Source: a virus. From it: a DNA stretch of 64,000 nt. The stretch lies in the IMG/VR virus record IMGVR_UViG_3300035157_001159, positions 1 through 64,000 of that record. One strand, given 5' to 3'. This document shows, piece after piece, positions 10,465 through 20,900 of the stretch (the first letter of the stretch is position 1; every line of letters begins with the position of its first letter). Both the position numbers and the translations under genes were made by a program. The notes below the pieces were generated by a model, which was not told the DNA's origin, searched no databases, and saw only the letters and a program-made list of their open reading frames with translations.

Positions 10465-12690
10465 TTGATGTCGTATTTTAAGAGAGCAAGAAATTTTAAA
10501 AAGGGTTCTTCAAAAATTCTTGATGAGAAGATTGCGAAAGCAAATCAAGAATTTAAGAAAACTGGTGTTTTAGAATATGAACTTTATGAAGATGATCTTC
10601 ATGAAGTTAGAGGAATGGGTACGAGTGGAATGTATTATGCTGATAAAGAGATACCAGCAATTCCTGCTGAGTATACTCCTGTACCAGATCCTAATGGTGT
10701 TACGCAGCCTGGATATACTCCACCTAATGGTGGTTATGATGCTAATGATCCTAGTACATGGGATAACGCATTTACAGATACTAGTTGGTTACGTAATCCA
10801 AATGAGGTTGCTGGAGAAACTAACAGGCAAGCAGTATTGGGACTACCAGATAGTATGAGAACTGCTGCTCAACAGTCAAGAGGTGGTGCTGAACAGTCTG
10901 CTAGGTATCCAGATGCAGCAGGAGAAGGAGGTGGTTTTGTTATTGCTGGTCCATATTGGGGAACTGCTCTTGGGTATCTTGGATCAGGTGGGGAATGGAG
11001 ACAAGTATGTAGTGGTGGATTAATAGGTGGTACTAATGTTCCTCATGAAGGATCTAGAGGATATGGTGGATATTATAATGGACTAACTGATGAAGAGTTT
11101 GCTAATGCTGTGTGGTTTTGGGAGACGTATCAAGATTTAATTGCGGAGCATGGTATTAATAATATTCCTACCGTAGCAAGTTCTATGTGGATACCTTGGA
11201 GTTATTTTTGGCATGGTAGTGCTGCTCCAACCTATGAGGAATATCCTTACACAAAAAGAGATGGAATGGTTCTTACTGGATGTAGTATAGTTACTCAGGG
11301 GAATAAGTATGAATCTTCACCATATGTTCCTCCTTGGAATCAAGTAGTATTTCAGGATGATCTTGGCAATCCTAATAACTTACCAATCAAACCAGTTGAT
11401 GAAATATTAGAAGATTTATATGAAATTATTTCAGGACCTCTAGGTGATATAGCAGGACCAGGATATGGACCTGGTGATGATCCATTAGACTGGGCTGATG
11501 AGGATATTCCTGATGAAAATGATCCTGAAGTAAATCCTAATGATTGGGATTGGACTGCTGATACTGGTGGAGAAGGTGATGTTGCTTGGGGTAAACCTAA
11601 AGGACCACCACCAACAGATAGTAAATTGCCTCGTGGGGCAGATATGAATGTTATTAATTACTATAATAGTAGTGGAACTATGGGTGCGAAACCTGAAGGT
11701 TGGACAGATCAAGATGTTAGGGATTATCTAAACAATAGAGATCAAGGATTCCCTCAACAATCATCTACTGGAAATTCGGATTTAGGAAATATTGCTTCTA
11801 ATGATCCTCGTGGTGATGCTGTTCCTATAGATCCAACGACTGGTCAACCTTATCCTTACGGACCAAGTCAATTCCCTGGAGGTAATCCTCAAGCAAGTAC
11901 TGGTGGTGTAAATCAGACTAGTTCTGATGGAAATAGTTGGGCTACAGCAGCTCAAGACTCACTAGGTGGTGGTTATAATGTTGCTAATTCTTATGCTGGT
12001 GGAAGTGGATTGGATGGTGCTTTTATTGATTGGAGTGGAAGAGGTGATTTTGTCTCACCTTCACAACTTGATAAGATGTTGAAAGATCCATCTAGATTTA
12101 ATTTGACTCCATCAGAAATAAGAATACTCCGTGCTCTGAATAGTGATTACATACCTCAAGGTCAAGTATTAACTGAGAAGAATCATCTAAGAGAATTGAG
12201 GCAGAAGAAAAGAGGAATGGTAAATATGAAACAAAAGACAGCTAGTAACAAAGCTGGTGGTAAAGTAGGAAAGATTAAGATAGAAGGACCAAAAGATCAT
12301 CTCACAATAAAAGCAATTGATATGTTGAGGAATCATTATTTAACTCCTAAAGAAAAGAATGAATATGCCTTCAGAGTTGGTGAGATTAATCGTTGGATAA
12401 GAGAGAAACCAAAAGAGTATGCGATATGGAAGGTAAGATATCCTAAAAAAGATCCTAGACTTGCTGAGTTAAATTGGCAATTGGATCAGAAGTTAAGATC
12501 GTCTGCTATGTATTTGGAAACTAGATTCCCAGAGAATCAAAAACTTTATGGAAAACTTAAGAAGAAGATAAAGATTAATATTGATCTTACAAACCCTGAT
12601 AGATTTAAAAAAGAAAAAGCAGAAATTGTATACCCAAAACTATTAAATGTTTCAAGAGCAATAAAGACGCAAAACTTAGGACCTTTATAG
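10465..12690 (+). CDS. large hypothetical protein: basic ends, acidic Gly/Pro-rich middle
   Basis: 741-aa ORF; CTAAATA late-like box at 10440. Confidence 0.8.
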   Translation: MMSYFKRARNFKKGSSKILDEKIAKANQEFKKTGVLEYELYEDDLHEVRGMGTSGMYYADKEIPAIPAEYTPVPDPNGVTQPGYTPPNGGYDANDPSTWDNAFTDTSWLRNPNEVAGETNRQAVLGLPDSMRTAAQQSRGGAEQSARYPDAAGEGGGFVIAGPYWGTALGYLGSGGEWRQVCSGGLIGGTNVPHEGSRGYGGYYNGLTDEEFANAVWFWETYQDLIAEHGINNIPTVASSMWIPWSYFWHGSAAPTYEEYPYTKRDGMVLTGCSIVTQGNKYESSPYVPPWNQVVFQDDLGNPNNLPIKPVDEILEDLYEIISGPLGDIAGPGYGPGDDPLDWADEDIPDENDPEVNPNDWDWTADTGGEGDVAWGKPKGPPPTDSKLPRGADMNVINYYNSSGTMGAKPEGWTDQDVRDYLNNRDQGFPQQSSTGNSDLGNIASNDPRGDAVPIDPTTGQPYPYGPSQFPGGNPQASTGGVNQTSSDGNSWATAAQDSLGGGYNVANSYAGGSGLDGAFIDWSGRGDFVSPSQLDKMLKDPSRFNLTPSEIRILRALNSDYIPQGQVLTEKNHLRELRQKKRGMVNMKQKTASNKAGGKVGKIKIEGPKDHLTIKAIDMLRNHYLTPKEKNEYAFRVGEINRWIREKPKEYAIWKVRYPKKDPRLAELNWQLDQKLRSSAMYLETRFPENQKLYGKLKKKIKINIDLTNPDRFKKEKAEIVYPKLLNVSRAIKTQNLGPL

Positions 12691-12692
12691 GG

Positions 12693-12726
12693 TTGACAAA
12701 CGCTTAACATTTCGTTATAATAAATA
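12693..12726 (+). promoter_or_regulatory. psbA promoter: consensus sigma70 with overlapping late box
   Basis: TTGACA 12693-12698, 17 nt, TATAAT 12716-12721; ATAAATA overlapping. Confidence 0.88.
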
Positions 12727-12757
12727 CATCGAGGTGAGCAATTCCTCACCTATCAAT

Positions 12758-12855
12758 ACCCTCTAACCGAGATCATGGGGGTTACATCTCTCATATCCAC
12801 TAGTGAAGGGATTAGTGGAAATACCGTATCGCTCTACCCTTTGAGCCCTACTAAA
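12758..12855 (+). ncRNA. PhotoRC-II-like cis-regulatory RNA in the psbA 5' leader
   Basis: Stems ACCCTC/GGGGGT, CCACTAGT/ATTAGTGG and GCTC/GAGC with loop pairings GAGAT/ATCTC and AGGG/CCCT (two pseudoknots); location fits the known cyanophage psbA motif. Confidence 0.75.
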
Positions 12856-12868
12856 CTTTATTGTCCTC

Positions 12869-13951
12869 ATGACAACTCTTCAAAAAAGAGAACAGGGTCT
12901 TCTACAAGGATGGCCTCAGTTCTGCGAGTGGGTTACAAGCACAAACAACCGTATCTATGTTGGTTGGTTCGGTGTCTTGATGATCCCTTGCCTATTAGCG
13001 GCTACAACCTGCTTCATCGTAGCATTCATTGCTGCTCCTCCTGTCGATATTGACGGAATCCGTGAGCCAGTTGCTGGTTCATTCATGTATGGTAACAACA
13101 TCATTTCTGGTGCTGTTGTACCTTCTTCCAACGCAATTGGATTACACTTCTACCCTATATGGGAAGCTGCTACTCTAGATGAGTGGCTCTACAACGGTGG
13201 TCCTTACCAGTTGGTAATCTTCCACTTCCTCATCGGAATCTCTGCTTACATGGGCAGACAGTGGGAACTATCATACCGTTTAGGTATGCGTCCTTGGATC
13301 TGTGTTGCTTACTCAGCACCTGTATCTGCTGCTTTCGCAGTATTCCTTGTATACCCATTCGGTCAGGGTTCATTCTCAGACGGAATGCCTTTAGGTATCT
13401 CTGGAACATTCAACTTCATGTTCGTATTCCAAGCAGAACATAACATCCTTATGCACCCATTCCATATGGCTGGTGTTGCTGGTATGTTCGGTGGAGCATT
13501 ATTCTCTGCTATGCATGGTTCTCTTGTTACATCTTCACTTATCCGTGAAACCACTGGGTTAGATTCTCAGAACTATGGTTACAAGTTCGGACAAGAAGAA
13601 GAGACATACAACATCGTTGCTGCTCATGGATACTTTGGTAGACTTATTTTCCAATATGCTTCATTCAACAACAGCAGAAGTCTTCACTTCTTCCTAGCAT
13701 CATGGCCTGTTATCTGTGTATGGTTAACCTCTATGGGTATCTGTACAATGGCATTCAACCTTAACGGTTTCAACTTCAACCAGTCAGTCGTAGACTCATC
13801 AGGTAAGGTTGTTCCTACTTGGGGTGATGTTCTTAACAGAGCAAACCTTGGTATGGAAGTTATGCACGAGCGTAATGCTCACAACTTCCCACTTGACTTA
13901 GCATCTGCTGAGACAAGCGAAGTAGCACTTGTTGCTCCTTCAGTTGGTTAA
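12869..13951 (+). CDS. psbA: photosystem II D1 protein
   Basis: Full 360-aa D1: [37 protein letters not shown]; uninterrupted. Confidence 0.99.
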   Translation: MTTLQKREQGLLQGWPQFCEWVTSTNNRIYVGWFGVLMIPCLLAATTCFIVAFIAAPPVDIDGIREPVAGSFMYGNNIISGAVVPSSNAIGLHFYPIWEAATLDEWLYNGGPYQLVIFHFLIGISAYMGRQWELSYRLGMRPWICVAYSAPVSAAFAVFLVYPFGQGSFSDGMPLGISGTFNFMFVFQAEHNILMHPFHMAGVAGMFGGALFSAMHGSLVTSSLIRETTGLDSQNYGYKFGQEEETYNIVAAHGYFGRLIFQYASFNNSRSLHFFLASWPVICVWLTSMGICTMAFNLNGFNFNQSVVDSSGKVVPTWGDVLNRANLGMEVMHERNAHNFPLDLASAETSEVALVAPSVG

Positions 13952-14025
13952 TGGAACTCATCGTAATCGCAGTTGCTATAGCAGCAACTGCATTCGGTGC
14001 GTATCAGATGACACCTAAGAATTAA
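13951..14025 (+). CDS. 24-aa single-helix peptide coupled to psbA (not in ORF track)
   Basis: TAATG overlap; [24 protein letters not shown]; lies before the terminator. Confidence 0.55.
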   Translation: MELIVIAVAIAATAFGAYQMTPKN

Positions 14026-14036
14026 TATGATATAAT

Positions 14037-14061
14037 AGGAGGGTTAATACCCTCCTTTTTT
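14037..14061 (+). terminator. intrinsic terminator of the psbA transcript
   Basis: AGGAGGGT-TAAT-ACCCTCCT then T-run. Confidence 0.85.
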
Positions 14062-14062
14062 A

Positions 14063-14641
14063 ATGTCAATAAGAAAGAAAGAATTAAGTTTATTCCCTAC
14101 ACCAGTATCTTTATTTGATCTTTCTAATTTGGAGTTAGAATTAATTTCTGAATATATTGAGAGTGTGGGTAAACAAGAATTTCATTTATTGGATAATGGT
14201 AAGAGTGATTATAGATTAAATCCTAATTTTTTAAATGCTTCTGAGCTATCTGATTTGAAGGAATCTATAGAGTATTGTGTTGAGGATTATTGTCAAAGAA
14301 TGGGATTTACTCGTCTTAAAATCTCTGGTAGTTGGTCTAATATAACTGAGATTGGTGGTAGATTAGAGTTACATCGTCATGAGCGTTCTATAGTTAGTGG
14401 TGTATTTTATCCTGAACTCAATACTTCAGTAACTCCTTTACTTTTTAAGAATCCTATTTGGCATTATAAAATGGCTGAGGACTATGATTTTAATATTCAA
14501 TCACAGTATCCATCTTTCTTTGATTTAATACATATTAGTTCTGGAATGTTAATACTATTTCCTAGTTGGTTAGAACATAAGACTGATAAAGAAATTGGTA
14601 GAAGATTATGTATTAGTTTTAATACTGATATTGATAAATAA
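14063..14641 (+). CDS. putative 2OG-Fe(II) oxygenase (TIGR02466-like)
   Basis: LFPTP, HRHE...SGVFY, LFPSWLEH...RLCISFN. Confidence 0.82.
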   Translation: MSIRKKELSLFPTPVSLFDLSNLELELISEYIESVGKQEFHLLDNGKSDYRLNPNFLNASELSDLKESIEYCVEDYCQRMGFTRLKISGSWSNITEIGGRLELHRHERSIVSGVFYPELNTSVTPLLFKNPIWHYKMAEDYDFNIQSQYPSFFDLIHISSGMLILFPSWLEHKTDKEIGRRLCISFNTDIDK

Positions 14642-14660
14642 TTTTAACTCGCAATAGTTC

Positions 14661-15032
14661 ATGACTATTCCTCATACTCCGAAGGCTTATGTGTTTAACT
14701 TACAAACTACAAGTTCATCAGAAGCAAAGCGGTTATGGAGGCGAGATATAAAAGAAAATTGGGATTATGAGTGTGCATACTGTGGTGATGATAATCATCT
14801 TACTATAGATCACATAGTTCCAAGAGCAAAAGGTGGACCAGACTTTACTAAGAATGTTGTCTGCTGTTGTCATTCATGTAACCAAGATAAGGGGCATGAG
14901 GACTGGGAAGAATGGTTCTTCAGTCAGAAATTTTTCTCACTAGAAAGATACCATAAAATTAGAAAGTGGATGCAACCTGATCCTCCACAGGATCTTTTTC
15001 AGTATCGTCCCAGAAGGAATAATTTAACTTGA
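14661..15032 (+). CDS. HNH endonuclease (McrA-like, zinc-binding)
   Basis: CAYC...TIDHIVPRAKGG...NVVCCCHSCNQDK. Confidence 0.88.
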   Translation: MTIPHTPKAYVFNLQTTSSSEAKRLWRRDIKENWDYECAYCGDDNHLTIDHIVPRAKGGPDFTKNVVCCCHSCNQDKGHEDWEEWFFSQKFFSLERYHKIRKWMQPDPPQDLFQYRPRRNNLT

Positions 15033-15088
15033 ATAAATAAATTAGCAGTATATACTGCTTTTTATAGGTACATACCGAATGAATATAA

Positions 15089-17566
15089 ATGGGAACTCCA
15101 TTAAGGATTAAAAGGTCGGCTGTCCCTGGAAAGGTTCCAGCAGTTACCGACTTACAATTAGGTGAATTAGCTCTTAATACTTATGATGCTGAGCTATACA
15201 CACTACGCTATCGTCCAGGTATCGGGACAGAAGTTGTTAAGATAGGTGGTGCATCCGTACAAAATATTTTATATGTTAATAAAAATGGAGACGACAGCAA
15301 TACAGGACTCACACTCGCAGACGCAAAAGCAACAATCAAGGGAGCAGTCGGAATTGCTTCAGAAGGAACTACTATTAAAGTTGCTTCTGGAACTTACATA
15401 GAAGATAATCCAGTTAAAGTTCCACCTCAGATTAGTATAGTTGGTGGAAGTTTAAGAGAAGTAAGTATAATACCTCAAAACGCAGATCAAGATTTATTTC
15501 ATGTATCACCAGGTGTCTTGATTAGTGATTGTTCTTTCACAGGAACAATGGATGTTGGAAAAGCAATAGTTGCTTTTGATCCAGATAAGATTCAATATAG
15601 TGATCAGTCACCATATATTCTTAATTGTACTAACTTTGTTACCAATAGTATTGGTATGAAGATTGATGGTAGTCATCAGATTGGACCATTTAAAGCAATG
15701 GTTACTGACTCCTTCACTCAATATAACCAGAACGGTATAGGTGTTTCTATTACCAATGAGGGATATGCTCAGATAGTTTCCATGTTTACTATCAATACAG
15801 ATGCTGCTGTTTTTACTGGATCTGGTGGGCAATGTGATCTTACAAACTCTAACTCTTCATTTGGTAATTATGGATTAATTGCTGAAGGTATAGGACCTCA
15901 TCAATACACAGGAACCATTGCTTCAACAGCAGCACCTAATGCTGATAGATTTGAAATTAATATGACTGCTCCTGATTATAGTATTCGGGATGCTATCTAT
16001 GATAATGTAACTGGACTTACTACTATTTCAACATACACTAATCATGGATTTAATGTTGGAATGGGTGTTACTTTAAATAGATTGGGTTTTGGTTGTACTG
16101 AGGGTGATTACGCACATATATTCCAATATGGATCTTCATCAAGCAATTCAATTAATATTACAGGTGGTAATCAGGTAACACCAACTGCTGCTGCTTATAA
16201 TCCAACATCTGGTTATCTAGCATTGACAATTGCTGGTCATGGATTGTCTGGATCAACAAATCATACAATTTCTACTGCTACATATACACCTACTACTGGA
16301 CTTTTATCCGTAACCATTAATGGTCATGGATTTAATAATGGTGATTATATTAGATTTGATCAAGAATCAATAACTTTTACTTGTGCTAAAGATAGTCATG
16401 CTACAGAACATTCTTATCCTAGAATAACTGATCCTGTTTATAATAAGTGGTTACAAATATCAAATAAAACTTTAAATACTTTTGATGTTAATGTTGGAAT
16501 CTCTGAAGATACTACAGAACATTGGTTTAAATCAGCTTCTAATAATGGTATTACGAAAGCTAATGATACTCTTACTATTGATGCTAACTCTTTAGTATTT
16601 ACTTGTGCTAAAGATAATCATGCTACAGAGCATTCTTATCCGAGGACAACTGATCCTTCATACAATCAAATTTTGGGTGTAGAGACTGTTAGTACTGATG
16701 TACTAACTATTAATGTTGGTGTAGCAACTCATGAACAATTCCCAGATAAGTATGGTAATGTATTTACTGTAGAGGAGATTATTGATGATAAGAATTTTAC
16801 CACTTATGTTGGACCTAATAGATTCTCTCATGACTATTTGGGTGGTGGTAAAGCATCGATGAATTTGATAAGACCTTTTGATGGAAAGGTAATTTATTTT
16901 GACGATTTATATAATACTATTGGTAGAATAAAGATTACAAATCCAGGTAGTGGATATAATAATCCACCAACGATTACTATAGATCCACCTAGTACTGCTA
17001 ATACTTGGGGTGTTAAAGCAACTGCGTCTGCTACTATAATAGGAGATCATCTTGATGAAGTTACAATTATCTCTAGTGGTAGAGGATATACTTCTCTTCC
17101 TGAGATTGTATTTTCAACTCCAGATGTAGGAATAAATACAGCAACAGCTACAATAGAATTATTACCTTCTTATTATTCAGTTAAAACATCTACTCCAATA
17201 TCATCTGGAATTTGTACTGTTACCATTAATGAGAATGTACCATACGCTGTTGGTGTTGGATCAACGACACCATTCTATAGACAAAGTAGAATATTAGCAT
17301 CCAGTCATTCATTTGAGTATATTGGTAGTGGGACTGATCCTATTAAATCACTTCCTTCTCGTGGTGGTGTTCCTATACAGGAGAATGAAGTTGATAATCG
17401 TGATGGTGGATTGGTAATTTACACTAGTACTGATCAAGGTGGAAACTTTAGGATAGGTGAGGGTGTAAAGATAGATCAAATCTCTGGAACAATTACAGGT
17501 AATTTTTATTCTAAGAGTTTATTCGCAAATGTTACACCATTAATTCTAGCACTAGGAGGAGAATAA
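15089..17566 (+). CDS. virion structural/tail-associated protein with internal repeats
   Basis: IKRSAVPGKVP..LQLGELALN N-terminus typical of cyanophage fibres; duplicated FTCAKDxHATEHSYPRxTDP; NPGSGY repeats. Confidence 0.75.
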   Translation: MGTPLRIKRSAVPGKVPAVTDLQLGELALNTYDAELYTLRYRPGIGTEVVKIGGASVQNILYVNKNGDDSNTGLTLADAKATIKGAVGIASEGTTIKVASGTYIEDNPVKVPPQISIVGGSLREVSIIPQNADQDLFHVSPGVLISDCSFTGTMDVGKAIVAFDPDKIQYSDQSPYILNCTNFVTNSIGMKIDGSHQIGPFKAMVTDSFTQYNQNGIGVSITNEGYAQIVSMFTINTDAAVFTGSGGQCDLTNSNSSFGNYGLIAEGIGPHQYTGTIASTAAPNADRFEINMTAPDYSIRDAIYDNVTGLTTISTYTNHGFNVGMGVTLNRLGFGCTEGDYAHIFQYGSSSSNSINITGGNQVTPTAAAYNPTSGYLALTIAGHGLSGSTNHTISTATYTPTTGLLSVTINGHGFNNGDYIRFDQESITFTCAKDSHATEHSYPRITDPVYNKWLQISNKTLNTFDVNVGISEDTTEHWFKSASNNGITKANDTLTIDANSLVFTCAKDNHATEHSYPRTTDPSYNQILGVETVSTDVLTINVGVATHEQFPDKYGNVFTVEEIIDDKNFTTYVGPNRFSHDYLGGGKASMNLIRPFDGKVIYFDDLYNTIGRIKITNPGSGYNNPPTITIDPPSTANTWGVKATASATIIGDHLDEVTIISSGRGYTSLPEIVFSTPDVGINTATATIELLPSYYSVKTSTPISSGICTVTINENVPYAVGVGSTTPFYRQSRILASSHSFEYIGSGTDPIKSLPSRGGVPIQENEVDNRDGGLVIYTSTDQGGNFRIGEGVKIDQISGTITGNFYSKSLFANVTPLILALGGE

Positions 17567-17570
17567 TAAA

Positions 17571-17900
17571 ATGGCTTTACCATTAAATGTATTTCAAACA
17601 ATAACATACGTAGCACCAGCAGCTAAGGTTGGAATTTACACTGCCCCAGTTGGATATAGTGGTGTTATTTTAAGTTGTCAAGCAACGAATGTAGATTCTA
17701 CTACTCATACAGTTTCATTAGATCATGTGAGAGGTGCTACTCATACAGAAATTGTGAAGGAAATGCCTATTCAGGGGCACGATAGTATGGGATTGACTCA
17801 AGGTAAATTGGTTCTTGAGCCTGGTGATTCACTTAAATTATCTGCTAGTAATGCAAATCATGTGAAATTTATTGCAAGTATCCTAGAAACCCTTAATTAA
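17571..17900 (+). CDS. small virion structural protein
   Basis: Resembles 45360..45680; GGAGGAG SD. Confidence 0.7.
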   Translation: MALPLNVFQTITYVAPAAKVGIYTAPVGYSGVILSCQATNVDSTTHTVSLDHVRGATHTEIVKEMPIQGHDSMGLTQGKLVLEPGDSLKLSASNANHVKFIASILETLN

Positions 17901-17909
17901 TATCAAGTA

Positions 17910-20900
17910 ATGGCAAGGTTCAGAAGCGGAAGAGTCCCACATCAACATATCGGTATAACATCGTTTACCGATAATAAACTTGTCCTTGATGTTATAGGAA
18001 ATGCTAATATTAGTAATGATTTAGATGTTGGTGGTGATTTAAGAGCTCCTAGTATTATTGTTTCTGGTACTGCTCCTGCAGAGTTTGATGATGTCAGAGC
18101 AAGAAATTTAAGAATAAGTGGAATTGCTACCTTCCTTGGTAATGTTTCTATAGGTGGTACTTTAACTTATGAAGATGTAACTAATATAGATTCTCTTGGT
18201 ATTGTTACTGCTAGGACTGGTATTGATATACTTTCTGGTCCATTAGGTGCTGGTGGTACAGATGGAAAAGAAGGACAATATTTAAAGAGTGTTGGATATG
18301 GTGTAACTTGGTCTGATTTTCCTCAGTTAAGGGCAAGCACTACTTTTGTAATGAGTGCTGGTCAGGTATTAATTAATCATTCATATAATTCTGTTTTTGT
18401 TGATGTTTTCTATAATGGAGTTAAGTTATTAAGGAACACTGAATTTACAGCAAATAATGGTACTCAGATAGTTTTATTATCACCTGCTTTTGATGGTGAT
18501 ATTGTAGAAGTTATTTCATATAATACTATTAACACCACGGGAGGTGGTGGTGGCGGTGGCGGTGGTGCTCAAGTAAGTGTAGGTGACACCGCACCAAATG
18601 ATGCTGCTAGTGGTGATCTTTGGTGGAAATCTAATGAAGGTCAGTTAAAGATATACTATAGTGATGAAGATAGTTCACAGTGGGTTGATGCTGCTGCTGG
18701 CGGTGGAGGTGGCGGTGCTGTTTCATATACATTAACACCTGCAACTGATTCTGTATTGGGTGGTATTAAAGTAGGAACTGGATTAACAATTACTGCTACT
18801 GGAATTTTAAGTACTACTGGTAATAATAGTGGTGGTGGAGGATCTGGTACTTTAGAAGGTTTAAGTGATACAACTATATCATCTCCACAAACAGGACAGG
18901 TTTTAAAATATGAAGCTGGGCAGGGATGGATTAATGATTCTGCTTCTGGTGGTTTATCTGATATAATTTCTGACACTACTCCTCAGTTAGGTGGTGATCT
19001 TGATATAAATGGTAAGAAAATTGTAACAACTTCTAATTCCCATATACTATTCCAACCAAATGGAACTGGTAAGGTGGGTATTGGTAATATTACTGTTCCA
19101 TATTCACTATTTCATATTAAGGGATCTACTCCTGGTATTACATTACAGAGATCTGCTGATAGTGAAAGTTCGTTTATAGCTTTTCGTACTGTTTCTGGTA
19201 CTGTTGGTGGAAATATAGTACATGAGTCTAATGGAAATGATATAACATTTGGGTCTCTTGATAATTCTAATATTTTACAAGAACGCATAAGGTTATCTTC
19301 TACTGGAGTTAGACTAGCAGGTATTACTACTGTTAATGGTAATGTTGATATTAATGGTAATTTAGATGTTAGTGGTTCTTTAAATGGTGTTAGTTATATT
19401 ACTTCTGGTTCTTATGGATCTACCAAAACAATTGATGTAAAGGTTGTAACTAAGACATCAGCACATAGATATTTTGGAACTGGTAGTGCTAAAGGATATA
19501 CTTTAGATGGATTGGAATCTCCTTTCTTAACTTTAATTCCTGGTATAACATATAGATTTGATCAAGGTGATACTTCTAATGAGACTCATCAATTAAGATT
19601 TTATTTAGATTCTGGTAGACTTACTGAGTATACAACTGGTGTTACTTTTAATGGTAATGCTGGAACTGCTGGTGCTTATACTGAAATAGAAGTTAGTGAT
19701 TCTACTCCAATAGGTCTTCATTATCAATGTGTGAATCACCCACTGATGGGTAATTCAACTCAATCAAATGCAAATGGAATTAATAGCCCATATGATGCTG
19801 TTCTTGGTGGTAAGCTACAAGTAGCAGATCTTGCTACATTTGAGGGTATTGTTGATGTTAATAACATCATGAAAGCAACGACTGTTGTTTCTGAGAACAT
19901 TATTCAAAACTCTGTTGTTTATGCTGGTCTTGGTGGACAGCTTAGAGGAGATAATCATCTTCTTTATGATGAGAATTCCTTTAAGGTATCTGGTAAGAAT
20001 TTTCAAGTAACTGGTGCTCATTCATCATTTGATACTGTAGTTGTTTCTGGAATTGCTACATTTGCTGGTATTACTACATTTACTAGTGAGAATGTTTATA
20101 TTGACGAATCATTATACATTAAGAAAGAACTTTGGGTTACTGGTGTTAAGATTACTGGTGGTGACGAGGGTGCTGATCCACCTTCATATGGTGCAGATAT
20201 TGTAACTAGAAATTTAAAAACAACTGGTATTGTAACTACTGTTGGTCCTGTTAATTTTGAAAGTAATGTAACATTTGATAGTACTTATGACGCAATCTGG
20301 GATAAGAATGCAAGTAAGTTAATGTTTATGGATGGTGCTAGAGCAACCTTCGGTGATTCTGATGATCTAGAAATTATTCATACAGCAAATAAAAATATTA
20401 TTCATAGTGTTGGTGCTGGCACTACTATTGAATCTCAAATTAACACCAGTACTATTCATGAGATTAATCAATCTGGTATAGTTGTTAGTGGTGTAGCAAC
20501 AGCAACTAAGTTCTCTGGTGATGGATCTGGATTAACTCTCCTTCCAACTTTAAATACTTTAAGTGATGTTACTGCTCCTACTCCATCTGATGGAAATGTT
20601 TTAAAATGGAATGATAGTGTTGGTAAATGGCAGGCTCAAGCTGATGCTACTGGTGGTGGCGGTGGCGGTGGCAGTGAAACTGTAATTGTTCCTGTAGCAT
20701 ATGCTAAAGTTAATCAGGATACTGCTGGCACAGGCACTAATATGACATGGGGTGCTTATAATAGTTCTAATGGTGAAATGATATTCACCTTTGTAGGTGC
20801 TCAATCAGATGCAAACTATTATGTATTAGCAGAAAGGGAACAGTACGATACTCATACTGTTAGTATAACCAATAAGACAACAACAGGATTCAAGGCAACA

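Noticed and set aside
12546-13554. ORFs overlapping psbA and its leader
   Set aside because: Alternative frames of a conserved gene and structured UTR with no recognisable product
12869-13951. Group I intron in psbA
   Set aside because: The 360-aa frame is continuous
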